Positions 1 to 7,677 of a stretch of 36,478 bases of DNA are shown here, one piece after another; positions within the stretch are counted from its first letter, which is position 1, and every line of letters begins with the position of its first letter. The notes beneath the pieces are model-generated. The model made no database searches, was not told the DNA's origin, and saw only the letters and a list, made by a program, of their open reading frames with translations. The translations under genes were made by a program, and so were the position numbers. Source of the stretch: Myxococcales bacterium (GTDB taxonomy: Bacteria; Myxococcota_A; Polyangia; Polyangiales; Polyangiaceae); contig JAAFHJ010000001.1 in NCBI GenBank assembly GCA_013298325.1, positions 1 through 36,478 of the forward strand, given 5' to 3'.

Positions 1-671
1 GTGTCGTCGATGTCGTCCCAGTTGCCCGAGTAGGTGAGCGGCCCTTTGTAGAGGCCCCGGATTTGACGAATGACGTCGAGGAACCGGGGAGCATGCTGGG
101 AGGTCACCCAGCCGCGCATTTCGACGCCGACCGAGAAGAGATCGACGCCGCTCTCCTCGGCGACCTTCGCCCACGCGAGCACGTAACGTTCGTAACTCTT
201 TGCCCAATTTTCCCAGGCCGCGTCGCTCCCGGGGTCGACCAGCGCGCGCCACTCGCCGCTCTCCACCCAGAGGTGCGGGACGATCATCACGCGGAGGCCG
301 AGCGTGTGGGCGAGGGCGACACTCGCTGCAACCTGCACGCGATTTTCCGCGAAGGGGGCCTCGAAGGTCGGGTCGATCCCGCGCCCTTTCAGGTCGCCGA
401 CGCGGCCAAACGGCGTGAGTGCGACCCAGGTCGCCCCCATCGCTTTTGCTTCGAGGACGGTCCGCACGTAGGCGTTCGAGCCGTAGCCGCGGCCCGGATG
501 GTAGGCGTTTTCGATGGGGCCGACGGTGATCCCGCGGATCGCGTTGTTGCCGGCATCCCGGAAGCCGGTCGCAGACGGGAAGACGGTGAGCCGATCGGCG
601 GCAAGAGCAGGCGCCGAAGCTCCCAAGACTGCGGCGGCGACCGTGACTGTGACCGCACGGACGGCTCTCAT
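1..671 (-). CDS. Secreted glycoside-hydrolase-like protein (TIM-barrel type); C-terminal part lies beyond the window edge
   Basis: The minus-strand frame is open from ATG 671-669 to position 1. It is absent from the ORF track because it runs off the window. The translation MRAVRAVTVTVAAAVLGASAPALAADRL... is a Sec signal peptide. It continues ...GATWVALTPFG...LGLRVMIVPHLWVESGEW...DLFSVGVEM...GPLTYSGNWDD, which resembles (beta/alpha)8 glycosidases. Third-position GC is high. The ATG overlaps the prmC stop (ATGA). Confidence 0.6.
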   Translation of the reverse strand, partial: MRAVRAVTVTVAAAVLGASAPALAADRLTVFPSATGFRDAGNNAIRGITVGPIENAYHPGRGYGSNAYVRTVLEAKAMGATWVALTPFGRVGDLKGRGIDPTFEAPFAENRVQVAASVALAHTLGLRVMIVPHLWVESGEWRALVDPGSDAAWENWAKSYERYVLAWAKVAEESGVDLFSVGVEMRGWVTSQHAPRFLDVIRQIRGLYKGPLTYSGNWDDIDD

Positions 672-1597
672 GCCACTGCCCCAGGCCCTAGGTCGCCCGG
701 GGGGCGGCGGCGGGGGCGCTCCTTGAGCACGCCGGAGACTACCCGCTCGATCTTCCCGAGATCCTTGGCAATTCGGACGTCGACGAAACCGTGGCTCTCG
801 AACAGTTCGGCGACGACGGGTGCCTGCCCGGCCATGAGTTCGAGGGCGAAGACCCCTTGTGGGCGCATCACCTTCGGCGCCCCGGCGACGAGGCGACGAA
901 CGAGGTCGAGGCCGTCAGCGCCGCCGTCGAGGGCCATCCGAGGTTCAAACAAACGGACATCCGGCATCAGCGTGTCGCATTCGGCACTCGGAATGTACGG
1001 AGGATTCGCGACGACCAAGTCGAAAGGGATCCGCGAAACTTTCGCGATTCCTGCAAAGAGATCGGCCTTGTGAAAGGCGACGTTGTAGGCGCCGAGGCGA
1101 AGGGCATTTTCGCGGGCGACAACAAGGGCGTCGTCCGACAAATCGCAGGCGAAGACCTTCGTCGTCGGGCGTGCTTTGGCCAGCGTGATGGCGACGCAAC
1201 CGGAGCCGGTGCATAGGTCGAGGGTGCGCGCCGAAAGCGGGATTTGTTTGGTGCGCTCCAGCGCGACGTCGATGAGCGTTTCCGTGTCGGGTCGGGGGAC
1301 GAGCACCCGCGCGTCGACGTGGAAACTACGCCCATAGAATTCCCGAAAACCTCGTAGATAGGCGATCGGTTCGTGGGATCTCCGGCGTTTGATGAGCGCA
1401 CGAAGTGCCTGCAACTCCGCATCGTCCAGAGGGCGATCCCCCTGCAAGAAAATCTCGGTACGTGTCAGGCCGAGGGAATGAGACAGCAAGACTTCGGCGT
1501 CGAGACGCGGCGCTTCGATGCCGCGCGTACGAAAGTCGTCGGTCGCCCACTTGAGGAGGCGACCGACGGTCCAAAGTTCTTTGCTGTCGTCGCTCAC
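668..1597 (-). CDS. prmC: Release-factor glutamine N5-methyltransferase (PrmC/HemK)
   Basis: Contains the LDLCTGSGCVAI SAM-binding motif and the VVANPPYIP catalytic NPPY motif. The length (309 aa) fits the HemK family. The GTG start overlaps the upstream stop (GTGA). Confidence 0.9.
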   Translation of the reverse strand: MSDDSKELWTVGRLLKWATDDFRTRGIEAPRLDAEVLLSHSLGLTRTEIFLQGDRPLDDAELQALRALIKRRRSHEPIAYLRGFREFYGRSFHVDARVLVPRPDTETLIDVALERTKQIPLSARTLDLCTGSGCVAITLAKARPTTKVFACDLSDDALVVARENALRLGAYNVAFHKADLFAGIAKVSRIPFDLVVANPPYIPSAECDTLMPDVRLFEPRMALDGGADGLDLVRRLVAGAPKVMRPQGVFALELMAGQAPVVAELFESHGFVDVRIAKDLGKIERVVSGVLKERPRRRPPGDLGPGAVA

Positions 1598-3003
1598 GAG
1601 GCGGCTGCCGCGCGCGCTTCTGCAACGATTGCTTCGACTTCTGCGCGATTTGCGGCGAGTTCCTCTTCGGAGCCCGCTTCAAAGCGGAGCACCAGGATCG
1701 GGCCGGTGTTGGAGGCGCGGACGAGGCCCCAGCTCGGAGCGGCGACGCCATTGCTGATCGTCTTCGAAGGGAACGAAATTCGGGCGCCGTCAATGGCGAC
1801 AACCGGATTCCCCTTCGCCTGATAGTGGGCGGTCACCTTGGCGACGACATCGAACTTGATCGCGTCGGGACAATCGACGCGGAGCTCGGGGGTGGTGAAG
1901 GTCGCCGGGACGTCGGCGAGCATCTCCGAAAGGGAGCGGCTGTCGTCGGCGAGGATCTCGAGGAGGCGGAGCCCGGCGTAGAGGGCGTCGTCGAAGCCGA
2001 ACCAGCGATCGGCGAAGAAGAGATGCCCGGACATTTCCCCGGCGAGGAGGGCACCGCTCTCCTTCATCTTGGCTTTGATCAGCGAATGGCCGGTCTTCCA
2101 GAGAATCGGGTTTCCGCCATTCTTCGCGATGTCGTCGTAGAGGGTCTGCGAGCACTTGACCTCGCCGATCACGGAGGCGCCCGGGTGCACCTTGAGGAGC
2201 GCACGCGAGAACAAAATCATGAGCTTATCGCCCCAGATGATGTTCCCGAGTTCGTCAACGGCGCCGAGGCGGTCTGCATCTCCGTCATAGGCGAGACCGA
2301 CCCTCGCCCCGGTCTCCTTCACACGCGCGATCAATGCGGCAAGGTTCTTCGGAACCGTCGGATCGGGGTGGTGGTTCGGGAAGGTCCCGTCCATGTCGCA
2401 GTAGAGGGGATCGACCTTCACGCCGGCGCGCTCAAGCGCCTGAACGCCGAGGGGGCCGCCAGAGCCGTTGCCGGCGTCGAGGACGCAGGCGACCCCTTTG
2501 CCGGAGAGGCGAATGTCCTTCACAAGGGCATCGAGGTAGGGCTCGTGGAGGTTGATCGACTCGATGGAGCCCGATTTTTCCGGAGCAAAATTCGAAGCTT
2601 CGATGCGTTCACGGAGTGCGATGATCTCGGCGCCGAAGAAGCTCGCCTTCCCGATCATCATCTTGAACCCGTTCTCGTCGCCCGGGTTGTGGCTGCCGGT
2701 GATCATGATGCCGCCGTCGGCATTTGTATGATGCACGGAAAAATAGAGGTACGGGGTCGGTCCGACGCCGATGTCGATGACGTGGACCCCCTGGCGGGTG
2801 AGCCCGCGAACGAGCGCTTCGTGGAGGCGGGGGCCGGAGAGGCGGCAGTCGCGGCCGACGCAAATGCGCAGCGGCGCAGCGCTTTCGCGCCCCTCGGCAA
2901 GGCGGCTGGCGAAGGCGCGGCCGATCCCTTCGGCGACGTCGTCGGTGAGGTCGCGGTCGGCGACGCCGCGGATGTCGTACTCGCGGAAGCTGGATTTGTT
3001 CAT
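1594..3003 (-). CDS. Phosphomannomutase/phosphoglucomutase (alpha-D-phosphohexomutase family)
   Basis: Contains the active-site phosphoserine loop IMITGSHNPGDENGFK, the metal loop AYDGDADRLG and the GEMSGH sugar loop. I start it at MNKSSFREYDIRGV (ATG 3003-3001). The 77-aa Arg/Pro-rich extension in the track ORF (to 3234) looks non-coding. Confidence 0.9.
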   Translation of the reverse strand: MNKSSFREYDIRGVADRDLTDDVAEGIGRAFASRLAEGRESAAPLRICVGRDCRLSGPRLHEALVRGLTRQGVHVIDIGVGPTPYLYFSVHHTNADGGIMITGSHNPGDENGFKMMIGKASFFGAEIIALRERIEASNFAPEKSGSIESINLHEPYLDALVKDIRLSGKGVACVLDAGNGSGGPLGVQALERAGVKVDPLYCDMDGTFPNHHPDPTVPKNLAALIARVKETGARVGLAYDGDADRLGAVDELGNIIWGDKLMILFSRALLKVHPGASVIGEVKCSQTLYDDIAKNGGNPILWKTGHSLIKAKMKESGALLAGEMSGHLFFADRWFGFDDALYAGLRLLEILADDSRSLSEMLADVPATFTTPELRVDCPDAIKFDVVAKVTAHYQAKGNPVVAIDGARISFPSKTISNGVAAPSWGLVRASNTGPILVLRFEAGSEEELAANRAEVEAIVAEARAAAAS

Positions 3004-3071
3004 CGGGGATCGTTCTTGCGAGAAATCGTTCTCATTTACAAGTGCGCGATGGTGCGGATTAAGGTCGCAGG

Positions 3072-3809
3072 ATGGACGACGTCCCGCAGACACCGCCCGC
3101 CGAGGTGCGCCCCGCGGAAGCCCCGGCCGCTCCGGAGGCGGCTGAAGCGCCGCGCGCAGGCAATTCGCAGGGGCCCAGCGATGAGAAGCCGTCGGAGGTG
3201 AGTCCGCCCCCGCCGCCCGCCCGCCTGCGTGCAACGGCGCTCGTGTCGAGTCGGTTAGGCCCCCTCAGCGACCGTGAGGGGGAACTTTGCGCGCGCGCCG
3301 GCCGTCCGGACCTCCTCTACGTTGGCGGAGCGCTCGTCCTGGCCGGCAGCGCGGTCACTTTCGACGCGATGTACGTGAAGCATCACGTCGCCTCGCCGGC
3401 GCTCCGTGTCACCTCCTCCGGCTTCGTCGGGCTGACCTTCGGCGCGCTCCTCGGCGGCGGCATAGCCGCGCTCCCGAAGTGCCGCCTCGACGTCCTCACG
3501 CGAACCGCCCCCGAAGGGGCCGTCGCAAGCCCGTGGCCGCTCGCCCTGTCGACGGCCCTGTTTGCCGGCATCGCCTCCCCCTTCTTCGTCGCCATCGGCA
3601 AGGGTCGCGATCCCATTTCCTGGGAGGTGAGCGAACGCTCGATGCACGTGATTGTTCCAGGAATTACAGGATTTGCGGGGGCGCTGCTTCCGTACATCCC
3701 TGCCCTCGCGCCGCGCAATGGGCGGGCCGCCCGGGAGCTTCAAAAGCTCCAAATCGGCGCCCCCCCACAAGGGGCAGGAGCCTTCGCGACATTCACGACG
3801 AGCTTCTGA
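3072..3809 (+). CDS. Hypothetical membrane protein with a Pro/Ala/Glu-rich N-terminal region
   Basis: The 245-aa ORF has strong GC3 bias and several hydrophobic segments (LLYVGGALVLAGSAV, GFVGLTFGALLGGGIAAL, LALSTALFAGIASPFFVAI, VIVPGITGFAGALLPYI). I recognise no motif. It is divergent from the phosphohexomutase gene. Confidence 0.5.
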   Translation: MDDVPQTPPAEVRPAEAPAAPEAAEAPRAGNSQGPSDEKPSEVSPPPPPARLRATALVSSRLGPLSDREGELCARAGRPDLLYVGGALVLAGSAVTFDAMYVKHHVASPALRVTSSGFVGLTFGALLGGGIAALPKCRLDVLTRTAPEGAVASPWPLALSTALFAGIASPFFVAIGKGRDPISWEVSERSMHVIVPGITGFAGALLPYIPALAPRNGRAARELQKLQIGAPPQGAGAFATFTTSF

Positions 3810-3821
3810 GTCGCCGAACGG

Positions 3822-4202
3822 TCAGCGATCGCGGGCCGCATCGGTCGCGCCCGCGTCGACGATCGCCCCGTCGCGTTGCCCGGCGTCGAAGGTGCCGACG
3901 TCCAGTCCCGCGTCTAGGAGGTCCTCTCCGCACGCGCCGGGAACGAGCGCGACGCCGGTTGCCCCCTCCGGACAGCCCCAGTCGCCATCGACGCAGACGA
4001 GGTCGACGCAGCCGCCGCCGTTGTTCTTCGCACAGGTCGCCCCTTCGGGGACCGGGCCGACGCAGATGGCGGCGTCGATGCTCGCGTCGTAGCGGACACC
4101 TCCATCGGTCGCGGGGGCACGGCTCTCTTCCGTGCATGCTGCACCGATTGCGGAAACGACGAGGCCGGCGAAAGCAGAAACGGCGAGAGCTCGAAAGCGC
4201 AT
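3822..4202 (-). CDS. Small Cys-rich secreted lipoprotein (126 aa), unknown function
   Basis: The start MRFRALAVSAFAGLVVSAIGAAC has a signal peptide plus a lipobox Cys. The mature part carries six more Cys (CVGPVPEGATCAKNNGGGCVDLVCVDGDWGCPEG...GAC) and an Asp/Gly/Ala-rich tail. It lies 37 nt downstream of the metalloprotease stop on the same strand. The track ORF (to 4481) is over-extended. Confidence 0.6.
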   Translation of the reverse strand: MRFRALAVSAFAGLVVSAIGAACTEESRAPATDGGVRYDASIDAAICVGPVPEGATCAKNNGGGCVDLVCVDGDWGCPEGATGVALVPGACGEDLLDAGLDVGTFDAGQRDGAIVDAGATDAARDR

Positions 4203-4239
4203 CGCCGTTTCTTTACCACGATCTCGCGTCCGAAGTCGG

Positions 4240-6630
4240 TCAGCGGCGCGGGCGACGCGCCGTGAAAATCCCTGCAATTGCGAGGAGTCCGAAGAGTGCA
4301 CCCGCGCCGGCCGTTTCGCTGGTGCCGGCCGTTGCACAACCGCCGCCCGCGACGAAGGTATCTTCGCTGGGGGTGACCGGCGTCGGATCCGGGGTGACCG
4401 GCGGCTCGATCGGTGTGGTGCGGTCCTTCGTGCTGAGGACGACGTTGTTGTAGATGCCGTCGTTGCCGCCGGCATTTGCAATCTGCACGTAGGCGATCGT
4501 CGCCCCTTCGGGAACGTCGACCTCTGCGGTCATCGTCGTTGCCCCTTGCGAGGCGGCGGCGAGGTTCACCGTCCTGTCGACAGTCGCCGTAATCGACTGG
4601 CCGCTGATCTTCCATTCAATCGGCTTGGCAAAGCGCACAAGGACCTGCGGCTTAAAGGGGCTAGGTTGGCCACCGAAACCACCAAAACCCGCGCCGCGAT
4701 CGGTGGCATCAAAGCCAATGACCAGCTTGCCGTTCTTCGCCACGAGAGGAAGCGAGAACTGGGCGATACCTGGCACTGATTTGATATTAATCGTATCTTT
4801 GCCGGTCGCGTACCAGCCACCAATGTCGTCCTGGACGATGGCACCGGCGAGTGCAACGCCCGACTTCATCGCAAAGATGCGGTCGCAGCCGTTGAACACG
4901 CCACGCTTCGTCATCTCCGTTTGAAGAGCGGCTGCGCCGGCGGGGAGTTCCGTCTTCAGGGTGGCGATAAAGTACTTGGTGAGATCGGTGTAGTCGAGGT
5001 CCCCGTCGCCAGCATGGGTTCGCATCGACGCGTAGATCGCGGCGTCAAAAGCGCGGCGATCCCCCGCGGGAAGCGACTGGCGAGCCGACCACAAGCCGCC
5101 AGAAAAGAGCGTCGAGTCGCGGTGGACTTCGCCGAACACATCCTTCGGGCAGGTCTCCTGGTTGTCGAGGCTGCGGATCACGCCGCTGTTCTGACTGATG
5201 TCTTGCGAGGCGTATTCGCCCACATCCGGATCGCCAGCGAGGGCCGACGAGAAGTAGTCGGCGAGCCCTTCGTTCATGCCGCCGGGGGCGTAGGTCATCC
5301 CGTAGCGGTCAAAATGGACGGCGCCGAGCTGAATCGTGTCGTCGATCACGGCATGCGTAAACTCGTGATAGACGACGTCACCGTCGTAGGCGTAGTCCCG
5401 GCGCGGCCCCTGGCCGAACCAGATCCCACCGCCAGAAACTCCATAGAGGGACGCGAAAAAATCCCCCTGACCGCCATCATTCCCCGGGGAGAAAAAGGCG
5501 TTCTGAAAGGGCTCGAGCGGCTGATTGACGTCGGCGATCTTCTGGAGATTCTGCTGCGCGAGTCCCGCCGGGAGCTGAAGGTTCGCGATCGCTGCGAAGG
5601 GCTTCGCACGAACCACCTGCGCGGTCACATCTCCTCGGAGTTCCCGGAAAAATGCGTAGGCGCGCGACGTATGGTAGAACATCGAGACTTCCGAGTAGGC
5701 GTCCGCCTTGCTCGCGGCGCTCCCCTCAACGTCGGCCGGCTCGACGTCATAGTTGCCCTCGGCGTTCGGCGTCGCGACGTTGATCAGTTCGCAGGTGTGG
5801 GCGTCAAAAGCGAACCCGCTGAACGAAACATTCCGCTTCGTTTTCTTGTCGATGCAGTTGTAGCTCTGGACGAACTCATTCTTTAGAACGCCCGCCGTAT
5901 CCGGCATCAACAACGGAAGAAGTCCGCGGGTCGGCGACTTCGTCGGGTTCGTTGAGAAGACGTTGGCGGCCCCCACGTGACGGCGAACGTCCATCCGCTC
6001 AAGGATTTCGCCGGTGCTTGCATCGACGACGACACGAAAGCGCGCCGGGGAGACCCCATCTTCCGGCGGGAGGAGCGTCCACACGAGGCGGGCGCCGTCG
6101 AAAGGTCCCGTGTAGAACGCAAGCTTCCCGTCGGCGCTTGCCACCGTCCGGCCGGTCGCCTCTTCGTAGCGGCGGATCGCGACAGCGACGGTAACCGCTG
6201 GAATTGCTGAGGAAGGGAGCTGGGTGGCGATCGAGCTGGAGACCTGTACGGCGCGGCCTGCACCGTCGTAGCGGACGGTCGCGCCGCGGCCGAGAACCGG
6301 GAGGCCGAGGTGGGTCTGCGAAAAGTGGACGACGGTGTCGCGCGTGCCGACTTCGTGGCGGGTTTCCGCGAGGCTTGCTCCGAGGGCTCGCGGATCGGCG
6401 GCGGCGATCGCGCGGAGGGAGACAGCCCGAACGTCGGCGGTCGTCGCAAGGCGCGCACCAAGATCGCCCGTATTTACAACGACTTGGTGGCTCGGAGCCC
6501 CTGTCGTTGCGAGGGCAATCGACTCCCTTGCGGGGAGCGCGACCTTCGACCCCGAGTCTGCAAACGCCGGGGCGAGGCCCGCCTGCGAGATCACGACAGC
6601 GAGGCTTGCGAACATGAACGAGCGGCGCAT
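4240..6630 (-). CDS. Secreted zinc metalloprotease (gluzincin, thermolysin/fungalysin-like) with a MYXO-CTERM-type C-terminal sorting tail
   Basis: Signal peptide MRRSFMFASLAVVISQAGLAPAFADS. Contains the VVYHEFTHAVIDD HExxH motif and a downstream GGMNEGLADYF third-ligand Glu motif. The C-terminus GGGCATAGTSETAGAGALFGLLAIAGIFTARRPRR (Gly-Cys, hydrophobic helix, Arg cluster) matches the MYXO-CTERM pattern. The start is at ATG 6630-6628. Confidence 0.85.
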   Translation of the reverse strand: MRRSFMFASLAVVISQAGLAPAFADSGSKVALPARESIALATTGAPSHQVVVNTGDLGARLATTADVRAVSLRAIAAADPRALGASLAETRHEVGTRDTVVHFSQTHLGLPVLGRGATVRYDGAGRAVQVSSSIATQLPSSAIPAVTVAVAIRRYEEATGRTVASADGKLAFYTGPFDGARLVWTLLPPEDGVSPARFRVVVDASTGEILERMDVRRHVGAANVFSTNPTKSPTRGLLPLLMPDTAGVLKNEFVQSYNCIDKKTKRNVSFSGFAFDAHTCELINVATPNAEGNYDVEPADVEGSAASKADAYSEVSMFYHTSRAYAFFRELRGDVTAQVVRAKPFAAIANLQLPAGLAQQNLQKIADVNQPLEPFQNAFFSPGNDGGQGDFFASLYGVSGGGIWFGQGPRRDYAYDGDVVYHEFTHAVIDDTIQLGAVHFDRYGMTYAPGGMNEGLADYFSSALAGDPDVGEYASQDISQNSGVIRSLDNQETCPKDVFGEVHRDSTLFSGGLWSARQSLPAGDRRAFDAAIYASMRTHAGDGDLDYTDLTKYFIATLKTELPAGAAALQTEMTKRGVFNGCDRIFAMKSGVALAGAIVQDDIGGWYATGKDTINIKSVPGIAQFSLPLVAKNGKLVIGFDATDRGAGFGGFGGQPSPFKPQVLVRFAKPIEWKISGQSITATVDRTVNLAAASQGATTMTAEVDVPEGATIAYVQIANAGGNDGIYNNVVLSTKDRTTPIEPPVTPDPTPVTPSEDTFVAGGGCATAGTSETAGAGALFGLLAIAGIFTARRPRR

Positions 6631-6858
6631 GAGACTCCTGATGTCTCGCGAGCGCGCGCCGGTCGAAAACGGGAGCGAGCGACTCCGAGCGATTCGTGGG
6701 GGCACAAACGAAAGTGGCCCCGCCACACTCTTCCGCGCTACCGTTGCTCCCTCTCGGGCCTGGCGGGTTTCACGTTTCGGAGTCGGCGAGGCCGTATTGA
6801 GAGTGCTCCTAGCCGTCCCGCAGGGGGATGTCCAGCAAGAAGCGTCGAATGGGGCGAT

Positions 6859-7677
6859 TCAGTGGCAGGCGACGCGGACGAGTTGGGTGTTCGTCGCGCC
6901 TTTGCCCCCGTAGGTCTTCACCGAGTAGGGGGCCCCTTCCAGGATATAGCTCGGGATTTCCTTCAAGGACGCAACCGGTTCGCTAAAGAATTCCGAAGGT
7001 TGTGCAACCCTCGCGTTGCCGTAGGCGACCGTCTGAAACGCGTGGCAGACACGCGGCTCCAGGGTGACGATCGCCCCGCGCATGCGCCGGTCGAGGGTAC
7101 CGAGTTCGCGCCCGTCGAGGCGTACGACCGGCGGCTCGTCACAGCCGCCTGTGACGACCGTCGTCTGTTTGGTGCCCGGTGCGATCACAAGCTTCCCGAC
7201 TTCGAGCTTACCGGTGACGGCGCCCCAGTCGACGATAACATCAAACTTATCGGGAAGTTTCGCGTGAAGAAAGAGCATGAACGCGTGGTCCGCGCCCTTG
7301 ATCTGCTTCGCAACCTCGGAGTCGCTCATCGCTTGCCAGAGCGGTGGCGGCCCCTCGATCGGAAAGGGGACCCGTCCACAAATGCCGTCAAATTCGATAG
7401 CAAATGCGCCCCAAAGCGTCGGCCGGAGTTCCGCTTTCGGCCCCGTCCACCGTGTGTGGATGCTGATTCCATCGGACTCGCGCTGGAGGACGCCCACCGG
7501 CTTCCCGTCGCGGAGGAGCGTCGCCCCCGCGTACGTGAGGATCGGGTAGGTACCGCTGGAGCCGTTGTGATCTTTTTCGGTGATTTGGGCGTGATAGGGG
7601 ATTTCTTCTGGGAGCCGGTGGCACCCGAGCACGAGGGGGAAAACCGCCGTTGCGAGGCACCGTCTCCACGCGTTCAC
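6859..7677 (-). CDS. Lipoprotein of unknown function, translationally coupled to the serpin gene
   Basis: The start (V)NAWRRCLATAVFPLVLGC is a good lipoprotein signal with an LVLGC lipobox. The 272-aa product has good GC3 bias and no recognisable catalytic motif. The GTG start at 7677-7675 overlaps the serpin stop 7676-7674 (GTGA). Confidence 0.7.
   Translation of the reverse strand: MNAWRRCLATAVFPLVLGCHRLPEEIPYHAQITEKDHNGSSGTYPILTYAGATLLRDGKPVGVLQRESDGISIHTRWTGPKAELRPTLWGAFAIEFDGICGRVPFPIEGPPPLWQAMSDSEVAKQIKGADHAFMLFLHAKLPDKFDVIVDWGAVTGKLEVGKLVIAPGTKQTTVVTGGCDEPPVVRLDGRELGTLDRRMRGAIVTLEPRVCHAFQTVAYGNARVAQPSEFFSEPVASLKEIPSYILEGAPYSVKTYGGKGATNTQLVRVACH

Noticed and set aside
63-1073. Long plus-strand ORF (336 aa). 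Similar long ORFs sit opposite real genes, for example 1825-3201, 6310-7959, 8028-9029, 13197-13934, 14097-15203, 20673-21443, 21978-23027, 22769-23944 and 32489-33934.
   Set aside because: All are antisense to genes with unmistakable family motifs. Their translations are Arg/Gly/Pro/Ala-rich with no motifs or hydrophobic structure. Long antisense ORFs like these are expected when the coding strand has very high third-position GC. I treat them as artefacts.
3807-3824. Convergent gene ends only 12 nt apart (3809/3822), and 24 nt apart at 29172/29197, with no terminator hairpin.
   Set aside because: The observation is real, but nothing can be concluded from sequence alone. Termination may occur inside the opposing gene or be Rho-dependent. 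I do not count it as a feature.
6631-6858. Imperfect GC-rich inverted repeat (GTGGGGGCAC ... GTGGCCCCGCCAC, about 6697-6727) in the gap between the unknown lipoprotein and the protease, considered as a terminator.
   Set aside because: The arms need several bulges to pair and no U-tract follows. It is too weak to call. The gap probably holds a promoter that I cannot pinpoint.
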